From positions 32,001 to 96,000 of IMG/VR virus record IMGVR_UViG_3300020477_000001: a stretch of DNA of 64,000 bases; one strand, given 5' to 3'. This document shows, one piece after another, positions 10,201 to 19,427 of this stretch. Each line of letters starts with the position of its first letter. The stretch's first letter is position 1. The DNA comes from a virus. The notes beneath the pieces were generated by a model. That model did not search any database. It saw only the letters and a list, made by a program, of their open reading frames with translations, and had not been told where the DNA came from. The translations under genes and the position numbers were made by a program.

Positions 10201-13200
10201 CGAGATAACTCGCTAAATCATACAATGCAGTTGTATCCATTGGGGAGACCAGCACTTGATCCGCCACCAGCGTCTTGTAATTGTCATGATCAAAAATTAG
10301 TTTCGATGATCGATACTTTGTATGGTCACAATATAAGTTTGGGTGATTATTATTGGCAACCAGTAGTTAGGAAACAAAAAAGAAGAGGTGACTCTTGGGA
10401 TATTCAGCCAATAGCTCAGAGCACTTGGGAGGGCAGCAATGATCAGAGGTTGGCGAGAATGGTGTTTTACGACAATCAATTTTATACAACCGCAACCGCT
10501 GGCTTTTTTAATCATTATAAACTTTACCCAGAAAATCATGGACCAGTGAGCTCTATGGGCGGAGGTACTACTTTTGCGGGCAAGTGTTATCCTTATTATC
10601 ATTCTGACGATTTATATCTTGGGGGTTACCAAGCTATATTATCTGGGAGTAGGTATGAGGATGATTGGCATTGGAACGGACACGCAAGCAGTGACAGCCC
10701 TCATTGCCCAGCTTTCTTTAGAAATAGTGCTCAAGTGGATATAGGAGCAAACACTTATTTTTTAAATAGCATGTCTGTAGACAGACCTTACGACTTAATA
10801 GAAACTACTCCTTTTTATAAGCCAGTTGTTTATGCTGACCCAGTTCCTTGGAGAAGTTTTACAACTCATAAAAAATGGATTGGCTTGTGGCATGATACTT
10901 TATTGGGCAATGGTTATGCTCACGCCTTCAATCCAGAGTCTATAAAGCATAGGTGTCATGCTTGCAAAAATTCTTTTACGACTACCTCAAATTACTTTGG
11001 TAATTGTGTCTGTGATGATGATGAAGATAATATAGCACATTACCATGTCACAAGTTATGGGCCTCAAGTTGAAGGAGAAGCATTTTTTGGTCATTATGAC
11101 TTCATGGACGACGGCACTGATTTAGCAACTATAGACGCTTCTCACTTTATAGCGAAGCAAAGCGCGTACAACGCTCAGACTGACGCATCCAAAGGAGTTA
11201 AAATTCCAACTGATGCAAATAGGAGGGGATTGATACCGATTCATGTAGATTATCTAAATGAATCTAATAGATTTGCTAATTTCCAAGTTCTGAGAAATAT
11301 GGCAATGCCTCTTCACCACAAGAAAAATCCAAACTTAAAATTTGATTATGATGAAACACATAATCCAAATCAGTTACAGCATGGTAGAGATAATTACCGT
11401 GGGTTGATGCAGACAAATATTTACGACTTACAAGAATACCTTGCGGAGTTCAGTAAAATAGATGGGCTCTGGACTGGTTACCGAAGCTATAATGATAGCT
11501 CATATGCGGATTGGGATTATGAAGGGCTCCCTAACCAAGTTTGGAGCGAAAGGGTTGCTGGGGTTAAAACTAACGATGGAATTTACGAAATTAAACCTAT
11601 AGTTAAGGTACATAGACCCGGTCCTCATTACGAAAAGGTTTTGGATTACTTTGGGGAAACTATAATCGAGCCAACAGGCGGAGGTTATGGCTTTAATTTC
11701 TCTTCTCTCATGGCGGATACTTTCATAGGTAAGCTGCAAACATTCATGGACCCAGAAACTGTTGTTATGGGCGGCAGTGATCCATTTAAGTATGATGCTG
11801 CGGATGGGGGTATAGGGTATGGTAATGTGAGATTTGGAGATAATCAAACTGTTCGCTATGATGTCCAGAAATCAATTAATCTTTCTAGATTAAATAGAGA
11901 GCCAATTTATTCTTTCCCATCTGATATCAAGGGTAACAATATGGGCTTCAATATGAATAGGGATACCGTTTTTGCTGAAGGCATGGAGATACACCCCCAG
12001 CTTAAAGGTTATCCCGCAAATTCTCCTATTTTGTTTAATAGAAGTTCAACTATAATAGATAAATTTTACGAATATGGATGCGCTTACAGGACGGATGCTG
12101 GATTAGATAGGCCCGCGTATGGAGACAACTCTTATGCGATACGTGGAGCCCAGAGCACTCTCGATGGCGGAGAGCTTTCAGTTGGGGGTAGAAATAGTTT
12201 ATATTCTTTCCAGCACGCTAATAGAGTTCCAGAGTTTTACTCAGCGCTAAATCCGTCTTCAGAGACTATATACAACGTTGGCCAGTTTGGTAACTTAATG
12301 TTATCTGAATCTGGGTATAAATACTTACATCCAGATATTTTCAGTACAGAATTCTTAAAAGAAAATAGATTCGGAAAAGTAAGAAACAGACCCATAGGCG
12401 GATGGGACAAAATTAATCCATTTAAAAAATATCTATTTGGCTACCCAAGAGCATTTGAGTGGTTAGATAATTATTCCACTCAGCAAGAATCCGCTACGTG
12501 GAGTAGAAAGGATATTTTAGATCAACCAGTAAATTATGAAATAGACAGACATCTTTTATACTGGGGTCCGCCGAATGGAATATATCAATTTAGCGAAGTC
12601 ACGGCTAGTCCTTATGGTGAAGGCTATTGGATCGAGTGTACAGGTTATTATGATAAGTTAATGTCTGGTAATGCTACTAGCGAAGATATAGAAAACTTTA
12701 GTGGGTATTGTCCTCACATAAAAGTTAAAGACTTCATTGGTCGCACGGGCGAATTGATTTACATGAAGCCTAATCCGTATTTAGATGAGACTAAATACCT
12801 AAAGGAATCTTTTTGTAGAATATACCCAAAACTAGAGATTCAAGATGGAGATAGCTATGCTAAGGTAGTGGGCGGTTATGTTATGGACTTTACTGGAGCT
12901 TATGCTGGAAGTGGATTGTTCTTCAATAAGCCTCCTAAAATAGACTTTGAACAGCCAGAGTTTTGGCCTCCAGCTAATTCTAGCTTTACTTTTACTGACG
13001 CTCATGGAGGCTCTAAGCAGATTACGGTAGATTCAGACCACGAATCTGGCAGGGATGCAAATATATATCCAGTTTTTGATAATTACCCAAATATCCCTTG
13101 GTATGGTAGCTTTAGTTTAAGCGGGGTAGTGAGTGAGACAACCTCTGACTATGGAACTTTCCAACAGGCAACAGATGTAATTTTGGAAAACTTTTTAGCA

Positions 13201-13290
13201 AATAGATTTGGAGTGAGAAGATTTGATAATTACCCATGTTATGGGGACTTGTGGCCATCTTGTCCTCATGATGTTTCGACGGAGTTATAG
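7276..13290 (+). CDS. Giant putative virion protein (2004 aa)
   Basis: Uninterrupted 6-kb ORF, aromatic/Gly-rich, Cys-rich modules. Confidence 0.5.
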   Translation: MIYQDIKNAKFVPYVKTGDIANAETWNTLYSEMDMRVNSATNGRSILFLNTPIQYMVEGSSAVMAPYWMNANDPTLSQKISDNMDDVAGLIGDRQFYFISGAVTGDDGNYPHSEPKCKRCSDGMWETLGFENEASCQLGYCNYSLTDKAGWYWKLWGGLFLGDETNVHHNYKHEYFEDIQNSSFLIDVNHEKNTALIIEANGKYSRNRGRETPMWEGVINRDTAFDQRGEGFTRFNAGLLEYNAAADCPQHPFLYCQNLDNSLGVHKLTNDHPDEYISINCVATGIGSGLSGISPATGNFDSGNSNNSTFYVSGSGVCPTCDNGKWLTDTSPPFGAFYTESECRVYYGCTGHSFLEPLERIFQEVCPSGVSGVEDLKLNEKLLISYGTWSYTSQLGWEKDELYYKDSEPPAKINTSDEYDITHGTLHIENTTSQAEIFIDGSKSEYEKFKFKKEWNKYKFFRVHNLNYYDIEFEFEPEELGDGGDLSNAESLGDGQFTLNDKIYAVSECGAGGGFKFNLKAGESRCVRRDFGVYTLGYNHFQKFKQGDAKYSFSLGLMGSTTQAYPTYSDPYVKSEESNWRDFTNNVNNPFLLRKYHQTLLDNGYITLDKTWPRNWDAYYTNVETKNEAPAEISPIHTGVLPWSRLAQPREYSFKDFNPYDPETLIADLIYTTGHVLRSYVVRSGEVDQNPWAGTTAAWADPQLFEIGPSTDQIKYVFDLSLIPYSGARYFEEFLYNLGVNLAPAQPWDDSVLGYEKFRTPRSEYGGIPMMAWGWSGMWAGPHRMLAGEGLYYEGFRMGLFCVAASPGADIGLDHVMDERQKSKGVNPVKKEYEYMNAVRGGGAILPNTYGWKLGYDGTWERFIKDVNYEGNLKHSTRVDGTEDFVVLHGERDKNPDNITAISGIRKELFANWFTPTDPASIEEGAGFSGKWPTTGEPTGIAGSWYSFNSSSTNDPPDPFAYQIQVHPVSTNILGRDNSLNHTMQLYPLGRPALDPPPASCNCHDQKLVSMIDTLYGHNISLGDYYWQPVVRKQKRRGDSWDIQPIAQSTWEGSNDQRLARMVFYDNQFYTTATAGFFNHYKLYPENHGPVSSMGGGTTFAGKCYPYYHSDDLYLGGYQAILSGSRYEDDWHWNGHASSDSPHCPAFFRNSAQVDIGANTYFLNSMSVDRPYDLIETTPFYKPVVYADPVPWRSFTTHKKWIGLWHDTLLGNGYAHAFNPESIKHRCHACKNSFTTTSNYFGNCVCDDDEDNIAHYHVTSYGPQVEGEAFFGHYDFMDDGTDLATIDASHFIAKQSAYNAQTDASKGVKIPTDANRRGLIPIHVDYLNESNRFANFQVLRNMAMPLHHKKNPNLKFDYDETHNPNQLQHGRDNYRGLMQTNIYDLQEYLAEFSKIDGLWTGYRSYNDSSYADWDYEGLPNQVWSERVAGVKTNDGIYEIKPIVKVHRPGPHYEKVLDYFGETIIEPTGGGYGFNFSSLMADTFIGKLQTFMDPETVVMGGSDPFKYDAADGGIGYGNVRFGDNQTVRYDVQKSINLSRLNREPIYSFPSDIKGNNMGFNMNRDTVFAEGMEIHPQLKGYPANSPILFNRSSTIIDKFYEYGCAYRTDAGLDRPAYGDNSYAIRGAQSTLDGGELSVGGRNSLYSFQHANRVPEFYSALNPSSETIYNVGQFGNLMLSESGYKYLHPDIFSTEFLKENRFGKVRNRPIGGWDKINPFKKYLFGYPRAFEWLDNYSTQQESATWSRKDILDQPVNYEIDRHLLYWGPPNGIYQFSEVTASPYGEGYWIECTGYYDKLMSGNATSEDIENFSGYCPHIKVKDFIGRTGELIYMKPNPYLDETKYLKESFCRIYPKLEIQDGDSYAKVVGGYVMDFTGAYAGSGLFFNKPPKIDFEQPEFWPPANSSFTFTDAHGGSKQITVDSDHESGRDANIYPVFDNYPNIPWYGSFSLSGVVSETTSDYGTFQQATDVILENFLANRFGVRRFDNYPCYGDLWPSCPHDVSTEL

Positions 13291-13292
13291 TA

Positions 13293-16200
13293 ATGTCACA
13301 ATTACCAGAAGGAACAGGAAACTATAATTACACCAATTTCTCTGGGTGGACCCAATGGGACACCAGATGGAAAGATATAGGTGTAAGCTGGTATCCTTAT
13401 AAGTATTACCCTTCTGGCCATGCACAGGCTGGGGAGCCTCTAGGGTTAACGGGGCAATTTTTTACCAGAATAGAACACAATGCTGATCAATATAATTTTT
13501 TGGCTGGCTTAGTAAATTCAATTAATTATGTTAGACCAGTAACTTTCACTGATCATTTTCCTGTTTTTCAACCTTATACTAGCGGCTCACACATAGTTCC
13601 AAAGGATTGTTGGAATTTTGAAACAGAGTACAAAATCAACACACTAACATCTGATACGTTTACTTTTGACGCTGGAGTAACTTGGGAGCAAATCAAGGAT
13701 GGGATTTTAGAAAGCGGTAAGAACGATAACAGGTATGAACACGTAGGTCAAGCAGAGGGAATTCCTGTAGCTGAGGAAGATCATTTTGTTTCCTATATTA
13801 AATATAACGCAGCAAAAGATGGTAGTTCGAGTCAGAACAAATGGTTCATAAGGTACATAGAGACTTTAACTGGTTATCAATCTAGTTTTATGCATTCTAG
13901 GTATGGCTCTACTTACCGTGGGGATTATGATGCTTATGATGACAGCGAGGGTTACCCTAATTGGCTTTATGAGTTTGGTCGGCCTAATATGGCGGGTTCT
14001 AGACATGCTTTTCTTAAGGATGGATTACAGTCTGGTCAGTTGTGGAATGAACATGCTGAGAGAATGGGGATGACCATCTCTGAAGAGAGTGACATGCCTA
14101 AGCTTAATGGTCAAACCATTAATGATTATCTAGAAGAAACAGATTTAGAAATATATAATGCCAAGTACAGTTACACGATTAACCCTGCTGGGGGTGGTAG
14201 TGCAATTGCCGTTAGCTGTGATACTACCTATTCACATAAGACAGGGCTGGGTGTATTTGGTTGGAGCGGCATAGCTCGTGCAGACGGAGTCAGTATTCCA
14301 GACGGAGGTTATATAGATTGGAAAAAATCGGCTGAACATCAAGGCTTTCATCAGTCCCCAAAACCTTTGGCGTCTGGAGGTTGGCCCGGGTGGCAGGTTA
14401 TCGAGGAAGACTTGGACTATGTCGGTGGGCTTGATCTGGGTTCTACTGATGGAAAAATATTTAGAAGTGAGACAAGTCAATCTTTTTACGCCGTTAAGCA
14501 TACTCCCTCTATTTCTGAATATGTTAGAACTCCTGTAAACCCGACTTCTTACATATCAGAGAATTTAAATAATAGAGAAAACTATAATTTCAAAGGCGTT
14601 CCCTTCCAAGAAAATGACAAATTTGGTTATAGCGACAGCGATAATAAAATGACTGCCACTTGGTGGATAGTTAATAAAGAGAAATGCTCCAATGGTAAGT
14701 GGGAAGACCTAGGGTACGCAGACCAAAACGCTTGCGAAGCTGGAGAAGAAGGAGTAAACGCAAGGCTTTGGGTGGACTCGACTTCTTTACCTTTTACAAA
14801 TAATTATTCTAATAGTGATACCAGCTTTACGAATGGGTCCAACATTATGTGGACCGATATGTCTACGGTAGACGAAAAATACAAAGAGCATGGAATGTAT
14901 GGGCTGGGCGTTTCTTATAACCAACAGGCTCCTACTGGGGCTAATTTCGTTAATGCAGCAGATAAGCGGAGAAATGGATATACGACATGGGAAAGCAGTC
15001 ATTCTGTTTACGGAGGGGGAGACTTCTTTTGGGGAGAGATGATGCTGACTTGCGGTAGACCCAATACTAAGGAAACTATTACTACTACATCTTGTTGCCC
15101 TAAGTATTTTTCTTACACCACTCTCGATGGTTATGTTTATCCTGTTAGTGAGTGTTGGGTGAACGGTCAATGGGTAGGTAAGCTTGGCGGTCTTAAGTTG
15201 GGTTATGAGCCGTACTATAACCCAATGAGGGATGATTTTTCGAAAATTAATACAGATGAAAACAAAGTCAAAAGGAAAAACCTTTTAATCAATAACCCTT
15301 ACCAAACTTACGAACAGTTTTCTTATTTAAATTTTTTAAATCCATCGGCTCACCTAATGGAGGATAGAACTAACCCCTATCATCATAATAGCTATACTCC
15401 TATACCTTACAAGGGCGCTACTAATTCTTTGGGCTTCACAAGTAATGGGGTGGAAAAAACAAGATGGTTAAAGATCGCAGAGGTTAAGACAATTGCTGAC
15501 GAAATGGGTCTTCCTCTTAATATAGGAAGAATGACTGTTCCTTATAAATTTAAACATTTTACTTTTGATTATGCGTTAAACGGATATAATTTTTTGGAGT
15601 CTGGGCATATAATTTACTACGACAGGTACATGGGTTATAAGTACGGAAACAGGCAAGGCACTGCATACGACGGTTATCAAACTCCAGATATCGCCATGAG
15701 GGTTATTCCGCATGAAGTAATAAATAATCACTCCGATCCTGCGCCGAGTACTTGGACTAGTCATTTTAAGATTCAGCAAGACTTTCTGCCCCCCGAAGCG
15801 GCTAGTCCTTACAGTATGCATTGGCAGGGAGATAATAAAAGTCATGCAACAGATTGGCAGGGGTATAATGCTTGGTATGGGTATCATTGGTTGGCTAAAG
15901 ATGGATACGCAGATTCAGATTTTGAACCTTTTGATTATGGGCATAATAAGCCAGATGGGAGTGCTCCTGCTGGAAACGATTTACTAGGCATGAGAAAATT
16001 AGGCGGTTCCGTAGGTACTATACCACAAGAAAAAATAATCAATAATGTTCAAGGATACTATCCTTTAGTTAAAGAAGCTGGGCAATGGGTTATAGCTAGT
16101 GATCTATCTGAGACCGAGTGGATAAGACCAATACCTATAGGCCATTATAATAACACCGTAGCCACTAATAGGGGCTTTGGTGACTTTAATTTGTATGCCT

Positions 16201-17255
16201 CCGATTTTGTTAAGACGAATGGTGCGGGCTTACTATCTGGTAGTATAGAGACAGTAAGCACTTGGAGCGGTAATAGGTTTAACGGATTTTATAACTCATA
16301 TTTGTCAGAAACAGCGGGCATAGCTGACATAGGGTACAGGCCAGAAAATGTAACAATGGAATGGCTTGATCATATAAGAGGCTATAAAGCCACTTGGTAC
16401 TGGGGCTTGGATAGATTTATGGATAACCCTGTGTTAAAAGTAACTCCAAATGACGCAGAATACAAAGAGCACATAGCTTCAATTATATTAAATACTTACC
16501 CTAAAAGACTGTATATGCAGTATTTAGATTCCGTTAATAATGGAAGTGGTAGTGCGGTAATTAGGCATTATCAGCCAGACGTTAGGTATATAGAAAGAGA
16601 GAATAAAGAAACGCATGAATCAATATCTCACATAGTCGGTAGAAGCGATGCTGATTATGGTTCTATACTCGGAGGCTGGGGTGGTTTTACCTCTCCACTT
16701 GGCCATCATGGTGGAGTAGGGGATGGGACTGAATATGAATCCGCAAGTCCATGTAACGTGGTAGTTAATAATATTGGATATAGTCATGATAGTGGTAGTT
16801 ACAATTTTAAGGCGCATCCAGCCTTAACGCACAATCCTGTACCACTCGTCGAAACTGAATTTCTTAAGAGAGAAGTTAAACACCATGAAGGTTCGGCTGA
16901 CATGGCTAACTTGCTTGAGGATAGGGATGATGGAAGTATATCAGTAACTCAAGACGAAGACACGTCTGCGTATGACATATTTTTTAATAGTGACCCATTA
17001 TATACTAACGAAATTGGAAGGGTTGAGTATGGATTCTATTTTAATAATGGATATAAGGTAGTGGGTTCTGGCTTAGGTGACATACATATGCATACATTTA
17101 GAGCTTGGGATTATGATGTTCCAGCTAAAAGGCAGTTAACTGGAGACGCTGGCTTGCCGTTCCAAGCTATTGTTGCTGGTGAAGACGACTGGCCTCCACA
17201 TGGTCCATTTCCAGACCATGACACCCCCTTGCCAGTCGAGTGGTCTTATCCGTAG
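13293..17255 (+). CDS. Large putative virion protein (1320 aa)
   Basis: Uninterrupted ORF; shares a CSxGxW...C motif with the upstream protein. Confidence 0.5.
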   Translation: MSQLPEGTGNYNYTNFSGWTQWDTRWKDIGVSWYPYKYYPSGHAQAGEPLGLTGQFFTRIEHNADQYNFLAGLVNSINYVRPVTFTDHFPVFQPYTSGSHIVPKDCWNFETEYKINTLTSDTFTFDAGVTWEQIKDGILESGKNDNRYEHVGQAEGIPVAEEDHFVSYIKYNAAKDGSSSQNKWFIRYIETLTGYQSSFMHSRYGSTYRGDYDAYDDSEGYPNWLYEFGRPNMAGSRHAFLKDGLQSGQLWNEHAERMGMTISEESDMPKLNGQTINDYLEETDLEIYNAKYSYTINPAGGGSAIAVSCDTTYSHKTGLGVFGWSGIARADGVSIPDGGYIDWKKSAEHQGFHQSPKPLASGGWPGWQVIEEDLDYVGGLDLGSTDGKIFRSETSQSFYAVKHTPSISEYVRTPVNPTSYISENLNNRENYNFKGVPFQENDKFGYSDSDNKMTATWWIVNKEKCSNGKWEDLGYADQNACEAGEEGVNARLWVDSTSLPFTNNYSNSDTSFTNGSNIMWTDMSTVDEKYKEHGMYGLGVSYNQQAPTGANFVNAADKRRNGYTTWESSHSVYGGGDFFWGEMMLTCGRPNTKETITTTSCCPKYFSYTTLDGYVYPVSECWVNGQWVGKLGGLKLGYEPYYNPMRDDFSKINTDENKVKRKNLLINNPYQTYEQFSYLNFLNPSAHLMEDRTNPYHHNSYTPIPYKGATNSLGFTSNGVEKTRWLKIAEVKTIADEMGLPLNIGRMTVPYKFKHFTFDYALNGYNFLESGHIIYYDRYMGYKYGNRQGTAYDGYQTPDIAMRVIPHEVINNHSDPAPSTWTSHFKIQQDFLPPEAASPYSMHWQGDNKSHATDWQGYNAWYGYHWLAKDGYADSDFEPFDYGHNKPDGSAPAGNDLLGMRKLGGSVGTIPQEKIINNVQGYYPLVKEAGQWVIASDLSETEWIRPIPIGHYNNTVATNRGFGDFNLYASDFVKTNGAGLLSGSIETVSTWSGNRFNGFYNSYLSETAGIADIGYRPENVTMEWLDHIRGYKATWYWGLDRFMDNPVLKVTPNDAEYKEHIASIILNTYPKRLYMQYLDSVNNGSGSAVIRHYQPDVRYIERENKETHESISHIVGRSDADYGSILGGWGGFTSPLGHHGGVGDGTEYESASPCNVVVNNIGYSHDSGSYNFKAHPALTHNPVPLVETEFLKREVKHHEGSADMANLLEDRDDGSISVTQDEDTSAYDIFFNSDPLYTNEIGRVEYGFYFNNGYKVVGSGLGDIHMHTFRAWDYDVPAKRQLTGDAGLPFQAIVAGEDDWPPHGPFPDHDTPLPVEWSYP

Positions 17256-17263
17256 GATTTGAT

Positions 17264-17488
17264 ATGCTAGTTACTAAGTCAGACATAAAATACAGCGTAG
17301 CTCCCTATGGGCTTATAGGAGTTATACCTAAAGGGACAGAAGTTCTACCTTCCACTAACTTGCCCGAATGTTCAGAAGCTAAATTTTGGGCAAAGAATTG
17401 GAAAGGCATGACTGAAAAAGAAAAATCTTGGGCTAATAATTATGGGTTTTTGCTTTTTGAGGAAGAGGTAGAAAATAAAAGAAAATAA
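17264..17488 (+). CDS. Small hypothetical protein
   Basis: ATG at 17264 just after upstream stop (track starts it at GTG 17240, overlapping the previous gene). Confidence 0.55.
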   Translation: MLVTKSDIKYSVAPYGLIGVIPKGTEVLPSTNLPECSEAKFWAKNWKGMTEKEKSWANNYGFLLFEEEVENKRK

Positions 17489-17497
17489 AAAAGTAAT

Positions 17498-18046
17498 ATG
17501 AAAAACCATTTAGGGGGCATCTATTACAAAGACAAAATAGTAAATATTGTAAGGGAAAACATCGGTAACAAAAAAAAAGCGTTAGAGGTTTGTTGCGGCT
17601 GCGGAATTATAGGAGAAACTTTGCTTAAAAGCTCCTTAGTAGAAACTATCACTTTTTCAGACATTCAAGATTTGTCAAAAGAACATGAAGACTTCATTCA
17701 GTCTGATGCATTAGATAATATTAATGGAAAATATGACTTAGTAGTATGTAGCCCTCCTTGGTATAATTCAGAAGAACCGCCTAGCCAGTTTTTATCTAAA
17801 AAACCCAGCATACTATGGAAGGATTTAGATTGGCAATTTCATAAAAAGTTTTACAAAAAAATTATTGATATTTTAGCTGAAGATGGGTCTTTGCTTATGA
17901 CAAGCTGTTTCGGGGCTAGGCAACCCGAAGAATGGGTGGATATGTGTGATTTAAAAATTAAAAAAGTTTTTATTAATGAATCTCACATAAATAAGGCTAC
18001 TGGTAATCTCTACCCTAGTAATTATATACTATGGTGGGCACACTAA
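17498..18046 (+). CDS. Class I SAM-dependent methyltransferase (amino-MTase-type motif)
   Basis: Motif I ALEVCCGCG and motif IV-like VVCSPPWY. Confidence 0.75.
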   Translation: MKNHLGGIYYKDKIVNIVRENIGNKKKALEVCCGCGIIGETLLKSSLVETITFSDIQDLSKEHEDFIQSDALDNINGKYDLVVCSPPWYNSEEPPSQFLSKKPSILWKDLDWQFHKKFYKKIIDILAEDGSLLMTSCFGARQPEEWVDMCDLKIKKVFINESHINKATGNLYPSNYILWWAH

Positions 18047-18055
18047 GAAATTAAT

Positions 18056-18248
18056 GAGAGGGAGGATTTCTTGTTTGCCTCCAACGGCTTCGGGGTCACA
18101 GCCAAGATAGTTCAAGTCTGTCCCTACTTCGCGCCAACCTTACAGACCCCCAAGAGATTGGTGGTCTCCTAGTCCGTAACATTGCACCTTAGCTGCTATG
18201 ACAACAGCTTATTCGGTCACTCTCTTAGGGTCTCCGTCGAGTCCCTAA
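18056..18248 (-). ncRNA. Candidate structured non-coding RNA
   Basis: GC-richer gap between convergent genes; minus-strand stems with G-U pairs (AGCUGUUG/UAGCAGCU, CUAGGAGA/UCUCUUGG, GUCUGU/ACAGAC, GGAGG/CCUCC) closed by GAGAG/CUCUC. Confidence 0.55.
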
Positions 18249-18262
18249 ATTATTTAAAAGAA

Positions 18263-18667
18263 CTACTTATCTTCTTTCACGATGTACACCTTCTGTCCAT
18301 CGATAAAGACATCCCTTGCATAATGCACGGGTTCCTTTGTTTTAACGTCTACAAAGGATTCATACTTATAAGGATTATAAGTTACCTGTCTAAGCGTCTT
18401 AGGCTTCCTAGCTTTACGCTCCTCTAAAGATTTAACCTTACCTAGATCGTGAACATAACCGCGCACGGTTGCGTGGACGTTCTTCCGTCTGGTTTCTAAA
18501 ACTCTCTGCCTTCCCGCTTCGCTAACATTAAAGTCTATGCGTCCATAATGGCCCTTCTTACCAACTATCCTTATGGCGTGGGTATGCTTTACAACAAGGC
18601 CCGTTTTGCGATCTCTCACGCTCAAGCACTTCTTATGTAAGTTGTAATATACCTCTACCGATTTCAT
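18263..18667 (-). CDS. Conserved phage protein of unknown function
   Basis: VYYNLHK...VSEAGRQRV..RKNVHA...VTYNPYK pattern recalled from many phage proteins. Confidence 0.65.
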   Translation of the reverse strand: MKSVEVYYNLHKKCLSVRDRKTGLVVKHTHAIRIVGKKGHYGRIDFNVSEAGRQRVLETRRKNVHATVRGYVHDLGKVKSLEERKARKPKTLRQVTYNPYKYESFVDVKTKEPVHYARDVFIDGQKVYIVKEDK

Positions 18668-19392
18668 TTTTTGTTTTTAATTCTTTGGATTAGCGTGAAG
18701 GTTAAGTCTTTTGGTATGTCTTCAACTGAAGTGTAACCTTCAGCTTTTTCGTGCCCTTCTTTTAATAGAACCTTCTGGACTGCTTCGAACGAAACATTCT
18801 TTTCTTTCATTACGCTCTTGAGTAGCGTAGATGGAGCGATTGTCTCCATTGGCGAGCTCTCAGTGCTTTGGTTGTTTGTCACATCTAGGTTGCCTAGTTC
18901 CTCTTGCCCAACAATGTTGATTTTTAAAAAGTTACGAACGCAACGAACGAAAGCTCTGTTTTCTGCGATAGGCCCAAGGAAGAACCGAGCAAAGCTTTGC
19001 GTGTTGTGTGGCGACGCGTCACCAATCGCTGAAAATGTCACCTCTTTACCCTCTGTCTCATAGTTTGGTGTCCAAGTGATGCTGCAAGTAGCGACCACAT
19101 ACTCTGGGCTTGGAGATGTAACGTCATATTTAACTGATGTGTAGCCTCTGATTTGCGCTAGCTCTTTAATACCCCCAAGTAAAATAATCAACTGGTGATC
19201 TTCTAATTTGGAAACATCAGTCTCTTGCGTCTTCTGTCTATTGGGTACGAGAAACTCTTCCTTTACCATTTTGCGCCAATCAACAAACCCATCATCAGTG
19301 AAAACATAATCTACTTTGGGCTGAGTAATCAGTCCATGATCGTCTCTTTCGATGGATTTGACTTTTTTAGCTGCTTGTTTTCTCGCTGGCAT
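18664..19392 (-). CDS. Rad52/Sak/ERF-like single-strand annealing protein
   Basis: GIKELA...SAIGDA...IAENRAFVRCVR resembles the AETRAxxRA helix of annealases; replication context. Confidence 0.5.
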   Translation of the reverse strand: MPARKQAAKKVKSIERDDHGLITQPKVDYVFTDDGFVDWRKMVKEEFLVPNRQKTQETDVSKLEDHQLIILLGGIKELAQIRGYTSVKYDVTSPSPEYVVATCSITWTPNYETEGKEVTFSAIGDASPHNTQSFARFFLGPIAENRAFVRCVRNFLKINIVGQEELGNLDVTNNQSTESSPMETIAPSTLLKSVMKEKNVSFEAVQKVLLKEGHEKAEGYTSVEDIPKDLTFTLIQRIKNKK

Positions 19393-19398
19393 GGTTAG

Positions 19399-19427
19399 AT
19401 AGTATTTCCTTTTTTAAGTTTAGTCAA
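19399..19427 (-). promoter_or_regulatory. Sigma70-type promoter TTGACT-17-TACTAT, near-leaderless
   Basis: Exact 17-nt spacer containing TTAAAAAA; ATG 6 nt after the -10. Confidence 0.65.

Noticed and set aside
18056-18224. RNase P RNA or 6S call for the 18-kb RNA (CAGCUUAUUCGGUCAC on plus resembles the RNase P 3' end; a short minus-strand stretch resembles 16S)
   Set aside because: No GAGGAAAGUCC core, no long 6S rod, G-U polarity favours the minus strand; short similarities are probably chance
18182-18427. 81-aa plus-strand ORF
   Set aside because: TTG start, antisense to a conserved phage gene and overlapping the structured RNA
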